Source of the DNA: Eledone cirrhosa
Taxonomy: Eukaryota
Direction of reading: 5' to 3'
Assembly (NCBI GenBank): GCA_964016885.1
Contig: OZ024747.1
Coordinates: 56,048,001 to 56,112,000, forward strand
Length of the DNA stretch: 64,000 nt
Part shown: in pieces, positions 29,411 through 41,408 of the stretch
Position numbering within the stretch: position 1 is the first letter of the stretch
How the letters are laid out: each line of letters starts with the position of its first letter
The notes under the pieces: model-generated
Database searches by the model: none
The model's input: only the letters and a program-made list of their open reading frames with translations
What the model was told of the DNA's origin: nothing
Position numbers and translations under genes: made by a program

Positions 29411-29613
29411 GAAGGAAATGTGTTAAGGAAACAGATTGACCAGAACGCACCAAAGTACTCAATGCTTAGGGTAGTAGAGTGGGTAATGGGAACAAGTATG
29501 ACCCCGACAGCAGAGCTCAAGCCGTTTCGACGGCTAATTCTGGAATTTGTGGTTTTATTTGGTTTCTTTTAGCCGTCGAAACGGCTTGAGCTCTACTGTC
29601 ATACTTGTTCCTA
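29408..29613. mobile_element. Fold-back element, family A (short arms)
   Basis: Tail at 29408-29488, inverted arms at 29489-29537 and 29569-29613, (TA)n on both sides. Only the GAAA/stem III half of the HHR remains. Confidence 0.85.
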
Positions 29614-29639
29614 TATATATATATAAATATATATATATA

Positions 29640-30006
29640 TCATCATCATCATCATCATCGTTTACCGTCCATCTTCCACACTAGTGTGGGTCTAGACGGG
29701 AATTGTCCCACTTGAGGCAAGATTGGTTGTCTTGCTCAGAACTGTCTGGCAGGTTTTCTACGGCTGGATGCCCTTCCTAACACCAACCATGTTTACAGTG
29801 TGGACTGGTAGGTTTTTATCGTGTTACCTACACGGCCACATTACAGTGTGGACTGTGTGTTTTTTTGTCGTGACACCTACACGACCTCATTTATTTAGGG
29901 CTGGATGTTGTGGTACCAACATAGCTTTACATCGAAAGGGGTGGTGTAGATGGCGGTGGTGCTAGGGGTAGTGGGACGGGGGTGTATTTTGGTTAAGAGG
30001 TGCCTA
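29640..30006 (-). mobile_element. RTE LINE 3' UTR/tail fragment with (CAT)n end
   Basis: Reverse complement of the 3' UTR at 53695-54068 (GGATGCCCTTCCTAACACCAACC, TTTACAGTGTGG). Confidence 0.85.
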
Positions 30007-30326
30007 CTGAATATATATAGATATATATATAGAGATATAGATATATATTTCGATTTTCTTTTGTGTCTTTACAGGACATTCTTTCTGTTTCCCCATTCTG
30101 ATCCTGTCTCTATTTTGTACTCCTGAAGAAGGGCTTAAGAAAACATTGAGCTTTCTATCCTCTTTCCAATATAAAGTGTGAAACAAATAAGACTAGAACT
30201 ATATATATATATAAATCATTGACTGAATTGGCATGTGTGCTTTTTTCCTCCCCTTTTCTCCATTATTTCCCCATGCCTTCCTATTCTCACTCTTTCCTTT
30301 CTATGTATCTTCTATTTGTAACTTAA

Positions 30327-30362
30327 TCTTCTGATGAAGGATATGTATCTGAAACGTTAAGA
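30327..30362 (+). ncRNA. Minimal type I hammerhead (Penelope type, palindromic stem III) inside a short insert at 30215-30425
   Basis: TCTT-CTGATGA-A GGATA tg TATCT-GAAA-CG-TT-AAGA. The core is intact, stem I is TCTT/AAGA, and stem III (ACGT) is self-complementary. Confidence 0.75.
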
Positions 30363-31339
30363 CTCTTTTCCTGCTATTTAAAGCATTAAACTGTGTAGTT
30401 TCCTTTGTTATTTCTGTTTACCTTTTACACACACACACACACATGTATATATATATATATATATATGTATTGATTCCTAAGATTTATCAGAGAATCACCC
30501 CAGCTAAGAAAGGTACTCAATATGTTGGTAGAATATAAGCATCTATATTATATATAGAAATGACTTTTACAGGTCTAGAACAGTTTCATTTGTATAAAAT
30601 TATCAGGAATGTCCTGATGATTTCATATGATACAAATATGTTATGTTAGTTTCATGCTTGGGAGAAATGAATCTTAATATTTTTGACAATAGTCTTTTAT
30701 ATAAAATGAAAACTGGGAGGATGTTTCAAAGTGAGAAGAAAAAGAAAAACAGTAAAGAAAAGAAAAAAAGAAAAACAATCACTTGAAGTTAGTCAGCCAT
30801 CTTATAAAAGAAATGTGTGTCTGTGTGTATATCATGACTCAAACACTGTTCACTTTCCTGACATTTGTACATTACTCTAGGTACTACACACACACATTTG
30901 AAGAGTTGTAGTGCATCTGAGCACTGTACACAATAATTTCCATTATTATTAGTAGTATTATTAATGTTTTAAAAGGCTGAATATTTGTAGAGGTGTAAAA
31001 CATGTACGTATGTGTTAGTTGATTTATCCTTTTTCTTAAAACATGACCATGTTGTATTAAGAAAACATGTTTTCTCTAAGTTTCATCCTGTACCATGTTC
31101 TTCGATAAACCTTACTGAAAACATTTCTAATAGAAACATCTAAACCTTGTTGTAAGTATAGAAATAAATCATCTGAAACAGTACTCTGTTAACAATATTG
31201 AGTTCTTTCTTATTTGTGTTGTTACCCGAATTATAATATCTGAACCAATTGGGCATACATACACTCACATTCAAACAAACATCACCATCGCTATCATTTA
31301 AAGTTTGTTATCAATATATTTCTGTATATATATATATTT

Positions 31340-31588
31340 TGTAGGGCGGGTAAAATTCCTGACATCCATGGACGAGTTCTCTCCAGCGGTCTCTGTCCTT
31401 CATTATCGCTGCTATGTCCTGCAGCTCAAACAGATGAGTGTCTGTCGTTAGGGCATCAACATACATTAACCTTGGTCTTCCTCTTCCAGTGTGTCCATGT
31501 AGGGGCTCCCACAGGAGCACTGAGTGCAATGTCAACTTTGGATGTCGGTGACCATGTCCAGCTAACCTCAGTCTCCGCTGTGTCACAT
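31340..31588 (-). pseudogene. RTE/RTE-X LINE ORF 3' fragment
   Basis: Translates to [15 protein letters not shown]...[23 protein letters not shown]...[10 protein letters not shown] second, shorter copy lies at 54074-54195. Confidence 0.8.
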
Positions 31589-31589
31589 A

Positions 31590-31606
<17 letters not shown>

Positions 31607-31647
<41 letters not shown>

Positions 31648-31707
31648 TATATATGTAAATATATATATATATATATATGCATATATATGTAAATATATAT
31701 ATATATA

Positions 31708-31765
<58 letters not shown>

Positions 31766-31944
31766 TATATATATATATATATATATGCATATATATATAT
31801 ATATGCATATATATATATATATATATATATGCATATATATATATATATATATGCATATATATATATATATATGCATATATATATATATGCATATATATAT
31901 ATATATATATATGCATATATATATATGCATATATATATATATGC

Positions 31945-31975
<31 letters not shown>

Positions 31976-32061
31976 TATATGCATATATATATATATATGC
32001 ATATATGTATGTATATATATATATATATATATATGCATATATATATATATATGCATATATG

Positions 32062-32092
<31 letters not shown>

Positions 32093-32130
32093 GCATATAT
32101 GTATGTATATATATATACGTATATATACTA
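31607..32130. repeat. Compound (TA)n array punctuated by GC
   Basis: Repeated ATATATGCATATAT units over about 520 bp. Confidence 0.95.
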
Positions 32131-32330
32131 TAATTGAATATAAAAGAGAGATAAACACAGATATATACATATGTTCAAATCTCTTTCCTTGAGCTTTTTA
32201 AATGTAAGAGACTTTGATATATGTATATATATATGTATGTATATATATGTGTATGTATGTGTGTATATATATATATATATATATGCATATATGTACGTAT
32301 GTATATATATATATATATATGCATATATAT

Positions 32331-32688
32331 GACTTAGTGGTTAGAGCATTGGCCTTGCAATCGAAAGGTTGTGAGTTCATTTCTCAGACCGGGTGATGTG
32401 TTGTTTCCTTGAGCAAGACACTTTATTTCACATTGCTCCAGTTTGCTCAGCTGTAGAAATGAGATGATAGGAGTGGTTGTGGAGGTGCCACGGCAAAAAA
32501 AGCACCCAGCCCACACTGTAAAGTGGACGTGTAGGCGCCATAGCAAAAAAGCACCCAGCACTCACTGTAAATGAGGTTGGTGTTAGGAAGGGAATCCAGC
32601 TGTAGAAATCAAGCCAGAATCAGTTCCCGTCCCACCCTTGCAAGCAGGGAAAAGCGGACGTAAAATGAAATGATGATGATGATGATGA
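32331..32688 (+). mobile_element. CORE-type SINE with RTE-derived tail and (ATG)n end
   Basis: tRNA-like head, CCTTGAGCAAGACACTTT CORE-like motif, and tail GGTTGGTGTTAGGAAGGG..CGGACGTAAAATGA. Nearly identical to 47113-47507. Confidence 0.9.
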
Positions 32689-32820
32689 TATATGTACGTA
32701 TATATATATATATATTCATATATGTACGTATGTATATATCTATCTCTATATATATATATATGTATATATGTACGTATATATATATATATATATGCATATA
32801 TGTACGTATATATATATATG

Positions 32821-33040
32821 AAGGCGTATGGCTGAGTTGGTTAGAGAATTGGGTTCACAATCGTGAGGTTATGAGTTCGATTCCCGGATCGGGTTATGCG
32901 TTATGTCCTTGAGCAAGACACTTTATTTTTCACATTGCTCCTTCTACCTGGAGTTGCGACCGATAGATAGTATCAGCAATTGGAAAGACCAATGGAAACA
33001 TTGTTTCCTTGGTCCGATTTGACGAAAGTCGATCGAAAAA
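32821..33040 (+). mobile_element. CORE-type SINE, second tail type
   Basis: Head GGCGTATGGCTGAGTTGG..GAGTTCGATTCC and tail TTCTACCTGGAGTTGCGACCGATAG..GACGAAAGTCGAT. Other copies are at 38050-38222, 38388-38500 and 39333-39545 (minus). Confidence 0.88.
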
Positions 33041-33144
33041 AAATATATATATATATACATATATATATGCATATATGTACGTATATATATACATATATAT
33101 ATATATATATGCGTATATATATATATATATATACATATATGTAC

Positions 33145-33195
<51 letters not shown>

Positions 33196-33276
33196 GAGTT
33201 GTAATAAGATGAAAACGAAATTTCATTTCTCACTCTTAAACTGATGCGTACATATATGTATGTGTACCTGTATGTA

Positions 33277-33309
<33 letters not shown>

Positions 33310-33362
33310 GCATGCTACTGTACGTCTGTATACATATATGTATGTACATATACATACATACT

Positions 33363-33394
<32 letters not shown>

Positions 33395-33789
33395 TATATG
33401 CATATATGTACGTGTATATATATACATATATGTACATATATGTACGTATATATATATATACACATAAAATATAGAGTTATTAACTCATATAGGTACCCTG
33501 CAATTAAAACATGCTCAAAGTATAAATACTTTATAAATTAATATATCATACAGTATGGTTAAGATTAAATTTTTAAAACATTAGTGGTATTTTATACCCT
33601 CCTAATTTTAGACACGAGATTTACTGTGTTTATTTATACGCATATATATATGCATATATCTACGTATGTATATATATATATGTATATATATATATATGCA
33701 TATATGTGCGTATATATATATGCATATATGTACGCATATATATATATATATATATATACATATATATGTATGTATATATACATGCATTA

Positions 33790-34978
33790 TTCCATATCAA
33801 ATCACCCAGTTTCAGATAAATTTCCCAGGTCACCCCCTGAGATCCCCCCTGAAAAAATTCATACTAACTCCTGTACTTATATGATGGAAAAGTATCTAGT
33901 ATTAGGTCAGTATCTTTGATAGTTTTGAAATTGTAGGCCTTTAAAATATTAATTATATATTTTTTCCGAATGAGCCTCTCGGACCAACTTGAGACTGCTA
34001 TATTTCCTCTAATAAGTTAAGCACAACTTTGAAATCATGTGTTTGGGGCTAACTTTTTCTGTAGAGTTCAAATCTCTTATCAAATCAAGTGTATCTTGCA
34101 AATTCTTCCATCTATAGGCCTCTGAAAATTGCCAAGAATTAAACGTACAGCAAATCTATGCCTCTTTTAGGTATTTATATCTCAATAGGTACTCTAGATA
34201 AAACAACCACAGTTGTTTTCTTGTTACTTAGCATATTGTAGACCATTTCTGCCCAGTAACCATGTTAGTTACTATTATGGGAGTGTCAGAATAAGTTTTC
34301 TCCAAAAATGCCCATTTTGATGCCCTTAATTGACTATGTGGACAGTTCACTATCATTTTCAAATTTTTACCATTGAGTTTTTGTTTGTTTCAAAAGATCA
34401 AGTACAAGAAAAAGCTGTCAAATTCAAACTTGCTGAATGGTTTGATGCTTGCAAAACAATAGTTGGAGTTATGTTGGATCACAGTTTCATTCCATGCCTA
34501 GGAAAGAAGCTTCAGATGAGAAGAGTATCCCTAGATGATATGTACTCTGTTGTGAATGTAGGGGATGAAATGGATGACCAGGCTTGTGTAAACTGGGATG
34601 ACTATCAACCAGGCAAGTATGTAGCCTGCGCGTATGATTCCTACTGTTATGTGAAAAACATTAGTGAACACTCATTTGAACATTCTGATGTTCTTGTTTC
34701 CTTTATGAAAGCATGAAAAAATAATGTACTTTCTTGGTCAGCAGCATCCTGTAAGGATGAATGTTGGGTTCCTTTACAACATCTCTACATGTCTTGTGTG
34801 TAATCAGTGCACCAATTGTTCAAGGTAGAAGTGCCTGCACCAACACAATTAGTTCAAGTGACTTGAACTAAATTCTCACTCTATTCCCACAATTTGTGCA
34901 GAATTAATAGCTATAATTTTCTGAAAAATCAAGTAAAGTGACAGCGAACTGCCCACATGGTCAACTAAGGGCATCAAA
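33790..34978 (+). mobile_element. Internally deleted long-TIR DNA transposon, probably Sola2-like
   Basis: Transposase C-terminal relic at 34370-34830 (KTIVG..HSFIP, PGKYVACAYD, DVLVSFM, W...DECWVP). It is bracketed by inverted repeats at 34316-34357 and 34936-34978. The left TIR probably extends to about 33790; the right TIR is truncated. Confidence 0.55.
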
Positions 34979-34979
34979 G

Positions 34980-35372
34980 GTCCTCCGCTGGTGCTGACAA
35001 ACAGCGTCTGTGTAAGACCCTGTATTAGCAAAGCTGGACTGAAAAACTTATCTTCTAAAGTTAAACCAGTGGTTGACTACCAGGATGCTATTGGAGATGC
35101 TACTTATCATACCTGCCCAGCATGTGGGAAAGAATGTAGATCAGCAGGGGGGCTCAAACGACATGCAAAAGTACATGAATACCAACTACATCCAGCTATT
35201 GCCAGTGAATGCTTTTCTTATGTGTGCAAGATATCTTAGATCATTGGCTGGATTAAAACTCCACATTTGATCACAGCACCATTAATATTATCAATATATA
35301 TGTGTGTTTTATTTTGTTGTTTTTTTTAATCGTGCAATGGCCATACTCAATAATAAGGGGGAAGCCATCATA
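34980..35372 (+). pseudogene. RTE (BovB-like) LINE 3' end with C2H2 zinc fingers
   Basis: HTCPACGKECRSAGGLKRHAKVH is flanked by broken fingers (CVRPCISKAGLK; VCKI..SLAGLKLH). The fragment ends GAAGCCATCA in (TA)n. Confidence 0.6.
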
Positions 35373-35698
35373 TATATATATGTATATATGTATAGAGTTG
35401 TACACAAACGGCAGACAACAGAGGCCACGTATTGTTCCTCTCCGACTAAAACTTTCCCCCTCGGAAAACTCCCAGTTAATGGATGTGAAATCCGAAATAT
35501 AGGGACAATTAAATCACTTCCAAGGTAACTATATCACGTGTTATTATTTTTACACTCTTTTCTATGTTCCTCTACACCCTATACGCCTCATTTTACCATT
35601 TTACATTTCCTCTTGCATCTCTCTCATTACCACCTGATTCTGTTACCCGGAGATTTACCCATCTGCATTGTTGAGGCTTCCAAAACGACCAATTATAT

Positions 35699-35731
<33 letters not shown>

Positions 35732-35981
35732 CATCATCATCATCATCATCATTTTACGTCCGCTTTTCCCTGCTTGCAAGGGTATATATATATGTATATA
35801 TGTATGAATATATATATATATATATATAGATAGATTTTGATTATATGTTGGTTGTATACCAACACCTCAGTATGCAGGCTGGAGCACTCGACGAAGTGCG
35901 CAGGTTGGTTTGGTTACTCCAGAGTAATGTAAAATAAAGTTAGATAAAAAGTCAAATGTTTAAAATTTAGCTTCGTTTGTT

Positions 35982-36036
35982 ACTGCTATATATATTTCAG
36001 TGACAGCCATCTTTGGCTGTGACCTCTTCAGGCAGT
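35982..36036 (-). ncRNA. Type I hammerhead ribozyme, family B
   Basis: Minus strand: ACTGC-CTGAAGA-GGT c ACAGCCA aaga TGGCTGT c ACT-GAAA-TATATA-TA-GCAGT. Confidence 0.85.
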
Positions 36037-36215
36037 CCGAATTAGTGTGGTATAGACAAGTACATATGTTGTTGAGGTGTGTAATATTGTCAATACTCTG
36101 ATATGCCCAGTTCCTCAGTGAAATAACAACCCAACCAGGAACTGGGCATATCAGAGTATTGACAATATTACACACCTCAACAACATATGTACTTGTCTAT
36201 ACCACACTAATTCGG

Positions 36216-36270
36216 ACTGCCTGAAGAGGTCACAGCCAAAGATGGCTGTAACTGAAATATATATAGCAGT
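36216..36270 (+). ncRNA. Type I hammerhead ribozyme, family B (inverted arm)
   Basis: Stem I is ACTGC (36216-20) with GCAGT (36266-70). CTGAAGA is at 36221-27 and GAAA at 36254-57. Stem III is the palindromic ATATATAT. Predicted cleavage is after 36265. Confidence 0.85.
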
Positions 36271-36320
36271 AATAAACGAAGCTAAATTTTAAACATTTGA
36301 CTTTTTATCTAACTTTATTT

Positions 36321-36353
<33 letters not shown>

Positions 36354-36671
36354 TCATATGGATTTATATATGTATATATACTCTCACACAAAAGATAATA
36401 AATATAAATCATATCTTATATATAAACATATGCTCACATAGGCAAACAATGACTTATTCATCACATACAACCACAAAGATACATGCGTCAATTCATGACT
36501 GATATAATGAATGTATACAAATTAATTACATAGAGAATATTGTAAAGACATTCGCGAATAATATATATATATATATACGGGATAACAAGTTATCGTTATA
36601 GGCAATCCACTTAGACAACCATATTACTCTTATTTCTTGAATTATATATATATATATATTTTTTTTTATCT

Positions 36672-37620
36672 TTTTATCATCTACATTAATGACATTACTG
36701 ACATCATCAAGCACAGCAACATAAGAATCTTCGCAGATGATTCCAAGCTCCAAAGTGTCATCAATGAGGTGGGTGACCAAACATGCCTTCAGTCAGACCT
36801 ACTGGCTGTTATCCAATGGGCAGAAAAGAACAATATGCTCTTGAATGAGGATTAGTTTGAGTTAATCCACTTTGGATAAAAGGATGCCCTGAAACTCCCT
36901 TACTCTCTTCTTTCAGGTGAAACTCTCGTGGCATCCAACAACATCAGAGACCTGGAAATAATTGGGGACAACATAAGCTGAGCCACTCACATAAACAGCA
37001 AAGTTGACATGGTCAGCAGAATGTTTTCCTGGATTCTCAGAACCTTCCAGTCAAGAGATATCCACACTGTTATCCTTCTCTACTCCACTTTTGCCCAACC
37101 CCACCTTGAATACTGTTGTCCACTGTGGTCTCCCCACACGAAACAAAGTATCATGAAAGTTGAAGCACCCCAAATGTCAATTACAAAAAAAGATAAATGG
37201 CATGACAGGCCTTGACTATTGGAGTCGATTACAAAAGCTCAACCTTTATTCTCTTCAACGTCGCCATGAGCGCTACATTATCTGTATGATGTGGAAAATA
37301 TTCCATCAGCTTTGCCCAAATGATGTTGGCATTACCTTTAAGGTGCACCCAAGGCTTGGGCCCCGTGCTATCCACCCATGACAAAAATCTCACCCGCATC
37401 TCATGACAACAATATGGTATGTCAGGGTGGGCTAGAAAAACTCAAACTTTATTCTCTCGAACGTTGCTATGAGTGCTACGTCATCTACATGATGTGGAAA
37501 ATATTCTGTCAGCATTGCCCAAATGATGTTCGCACCACCTTTAAGGTACACCTAACCCTTGAGTCCCATGCTATCCACACACAATAAAAATCACATTTGG
37601 ACACCATGGCCCCTCAAGTA
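36672..37620 (+). pseudogene. CR1-group LINE reverse transcriptase, 3' portion, decayed
   Basis: FIIYIND..IRIFADDSKL, LQSDL..V.QWA..N.M.LN, PHLEYCCPLWSPH and RLQKLNLYSLQRR are present with stops and frameshifts. Confidence 0.9.
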
Positions 37621-37624
37621 GAGA

Positions 37625-38050
37625 GTTATTGTTTACAGAGAAATATCTGTGTGTAGGAGGTTTATCTGGAATTTCTTGAAGGAATTTGTCCAAAGACTTC
37701 TTGAACTTGATGGGGTCTGTTTCTGTTTTAATGTGATTTGGTGGTATGTAAGGGACTTGTTTCCCTTTTTGAAAACTGGGACAACAGACTGGGAAAGAAA
37801 GTTTTCAGGAATATAACCAGCATCCAGTGAGTTCCTCCACAGATTAGCAAGAGGAGATGCAAGTTGGTGTCGACATACCTTCAGTACACACATCACTGAT
37901 ACAGCCTAGATCGGCCATATCAGGATTTCTGAAAACAGAGCAGTATTGTTTCTGCAGTATCTCACACATGGTTTTGGCATTAACTTGGAGAGTGCCATTT
38001 TCATCAATTAGAGGGACAACAGTGGAGACAGTGACCTTGCATTTTTTCGC
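37625..38050 (-). pseudogene. Inverted, rearranged fragments of a CR1-group LINE
   Basis: [19 protein letters not shown]...VVPVFKKGNKS and [12 protein letters not shown] (pre-RT region) are fused to the ORF end (FKKSLDKFLQEIPDKP). Confidence 0.8.
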
Positions 38051-38239
38051 AAATGAGGTTGTGAGTTTGGTTTCTGTTCTGGGCGATGCGTTATGTCCTT
38101 GGGCAAGACATGTCATTTCATGTTGCTCCTTCTACCTGGTGTTGCGACCAATAGATAGTATTAGCAATTGGAAAGACCAATGGAAACATTGTTTCCTCGG
38201 TCCAATTTGCCGACTGTCGATGTATATATATATGTACAC

Positions 38240-38315
<76 letters not shown>

Positions 38316-38354
38316 ATATATATATGTATATATATATATATGTATATATATATG

Positions 38355-38385
<31 letters not shown>

Positions 38386-38558
38386 ATTATTTCATGTTGT
38401 TCCTTCTACCCGGAGTTGCGACCGATAGATAGTACTAGCAACTGGAAAGACCTACAGAAACATTGTTTCCTCAGTCCGATTTGACGAAAGTCGATTGACC
38501 CTTCAAAAAATATATATGTATATATATATAGGAAAATATATCCTATATATATATATAT

Positions 38559-38760
38559 ATAGGAAAATGTATGACCCCGACGGCAGAGTTCAAGCCGTTT
38601 TGATGGCTATTTCTGGACTAGTCCAGAAATAATCGTCGAAACAGCTTGAGCTCTGCCGTCGGAGTCATACATTTTCCTATCACCCACTCTACTACCCTAA
38701 GTATTGAGTACTCTGATGCGTTATGGTCCATCTGGTTCCTTACCACAACTCCTTCGTTTT
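38559..38760. mobile_element. Fold-back element, family A (spacerless)
   Basis: 61-bp arms at 38559-38619 and 38620-38680 meet at GGACTAGTCC. The tail is at 38681-38760 and the flanks are (TA)n. Confidence 0.85.
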
Positions 38761-38932
38761 ATATATATATATATATATATCATCATCATTGTTTAACATC
38801 TATCTTCCATACGAGCATGGAATATATATATATATATGCATATATATATATGTATGATGGATATATTTATATATGTATATATATGTATATATATATATAT
38901 ATGTGTATATATATATATATATACATGTATAT

Positions 38933-39040
38933 CAGGGGCGAAGGGTGTGTGCATGCGTTATGGAATCTTGAGTTGATCAATTGCGTCGGTTGAAGCAAGC
39001 AGAAATTTGGCTGCCTACTAAATCGTAGACACATAAAAAC

Positions 39041-39075
<35 letters not shown>

Positions 39076-39210
39076 GATAACACTACATGTGGCTTTGACC
39101 GGGAGGGTCATTTAGAGGGAATTGGGGGGTGGGGTGAGGCTGCACCACCCCACTTTCCGCCATGGCGAATGGACTGCATGCCCTACTTTCCAGGTTACCC
39201 TTCGCCACTG
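38933..39210. mobile_element. hAT-type MITE
   Basis: 14-bp TIRs CAGGGGCGAAGGGT and ACCCTTCGCCACTG (1 mismatch). The 8-bp flanks ATGTATAT and ATGTGTAT are consistent with a target-site duplication. Confidence 0.75.
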
Positions 39211-39276
39211 ATGTGTATATATATATGTATATATATGTATGTACTTGTATATATGTATGTATATATATGTACTTGT

Positions 39277-39330
<54 letters not shown>

Positions 39331-40119
39331 ACAAGTCGATCGACTTTCGTCAAATCGGACCGAGGAAACAATATTTCCGTCGGCCTTTCCAGTTGCTAAA
39401 ACTATCCATTGGTCACAACTCCAGGTAGAAGGAGCAACGATAAAGTGTCTTGCTCAAGGACATAACGCATCGCCCAGTCCAAGAATCGAACTCACAACCT
39501 CAGGATTGTGAATCTAATTCTCTAACCACTCAGCCATGTGCCTTTACCTGTATATATATATGTATACATGGTGGCTGCCAACTCGTTTTTGAGTACAGCC
39601 ACTACTTTATATCCATGTAGGAGAACCCCTACTGATGCGCTGAACGAGTCTGACTCTTTAGTCCAGCCAGCGACTTGAAAACTCTGGTACAAACACTACA
39701 CTTGTGACAATTATTGACACATAGTGCTGGGCCCATGGTACCATGTGAGGACAAGTGCAGAGAGATCTCCAGATATAAAGCAATGCCTGTGCCGTGAAGC
39801 TTTTATAGTGAGCAAAGGCACTGCACAAAGCCAGTCCCACACTCTTAACATGTATATATATACATGTATATATATATATATCATCATCATCATCATCCTC
39901 ATTTAACGTCCACTTTCCACGCTAGCATGGGTTAGACGGGAGTTGTCCCACTTGAGGCAAGGTTGGTCAGGTGACCGTGTCTCGCTCAGATAGGACTATC
40001 TGGCAGGTTTTCTACGGCTGGACGCCCTTCCTAACAACAACCACATTTACAATGTATATATATATATATTTACACACACATGTATTATACATGTACATAT
40101 TATACATATACATACATAC

Positions 40120-41408
40120 ATCATCATCATCAGCGTTTAATGTCCATCTTCCATGCTAGCATAGGTTAGACGGTTTTGTTCCATCTGATGCAGGATTGGT
40201 CGAGAGACTGTGTCTCGCTCGTATGGAAGTGTCTCTGGCAGATTTTCTATGGTTGGATGCCCTTCCTAACACCAACCGCTATTACAGTGTGGACTGGGAG
40301 CCTTTTTACCGTGTCTCCTACATGATGACTTTACAGTGTGGACTGGGTGCTTTTTGTTGTGTCATCAACACAGTGGACAGAAATGGGAGGATGGGGTAGG
40401 GTGCGTGGGCGTGGGGTGTATATTGCGTTAAGAAGTGCCTACTGACTGTAGCTTTGTATCCAAGGGAAGGTGGGTCTTCTGTACAACTGCATAGCACCAA
40501 AGATGTCGATCCAGTGACATTGTCTTAGAGAGATGTAAGTGAACAAGGTCAGTTTTTATCACCTCATCCCGGGTTTTTCTTGGTCTACCCACTCCGTAGC
40601 TTCCATCGATTTTCATTGTTCTGCAATTTTTTATACAGCTGTCATCCTTCATATGCATCACATGTCCATACCAGCGCAATTTCCTCTCCTGAACACAACA
40701 TTTGATACCTGTTATGCGTAGTCTCTCTCTCAATTCGTTTATGCTTCACCGTTTGCCCATAATACTATTACACATCCATCGGAGCATGCAAGCTTTATTT
40801 CTTTCTAATCTAGGAAAATCTTCAGCACACAATGGCCAAGTCTCACTACCATGTAATATCGCCATTTGTATACACACATCATACAATTTGCCTATCACTT
40901 TTAGAGAAAAACCCATTGTGGCCAACAGCGGTATTAGCTCTCTGAACTTTTTTCCATCCCATTCTAACTCTGGCTACTACACTTTCAGAGCACCGCCCTC
41001 CACTGCTGAATTTGTCACCAAGGTAACAGAAAGTGTCTACTATTTCTATAGAACCATCTGGGCAGTTTAAGGAGATAGCATCCAGTGGGCCCTTGCTACT
41101 TACTGCACCTGAGCATCGGTCACATATAAAATCTACATTCTTAGATCATTTGCCTGTGATCCCACTACATCTTTTATGTACCCATAGTTTGCATTCGGGG
41201 CATAGGATGGAATTTCTACCTACTCCTTTCTTTCACACTGAGCATGGCCATTTCCCAGATGGTCCCTGTGCCCTATTCCCCTTTTTACATACTAGAACTT
41301 TAGTCTTAGACAAGTTAACTGTAAGGCCTTTTGATTCTAGGCAATGCTCCCATGTTTGGAACTTCTTCTCTAGTTCCACCATGGTGGAGAGTTAGATCAT
41401 CTTCATAT
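40120..41408 (-). pseudogene. 5'-truncated RTE-clade LINE with PHD-like finger and 3' UTR
   Basis: LESKGLTVNLSKTKVL, then C-x2-(C)-x10-C-x2-C-x4-H-x2-C-x14-C-x2-C, then RKLRWYGHVMHM...GRPRKT. Ends in a (CAT)n tail at about 40120. Confidence 0.9.

Larger units (their letters stand above)
35833..36322. mobile_element. Fold-back HHR element, family B, inserted in (TA)n
   Basis: 186-bp inverted arms at 35930-36115 and 36137-36322 (two mismatches seen), a 21-nt loop, and a one-sided tail at 35833-35929. Confidence 0.9.

Noticed and set aside
34991-35270. Host C2H2 zinc-finger gene
   Set aside because: Broken fingers without TGEKP linkers, truncating a transposon TIR and ending in a LINE-like tail. 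Better explained as an RTE 3' end.
41232-41240. In-frame TGA at a Cys position as selenocysteine
   Set aside because: The copy has other stops and frameshifts, so a single substitution explains it. No SECIS element was identified.
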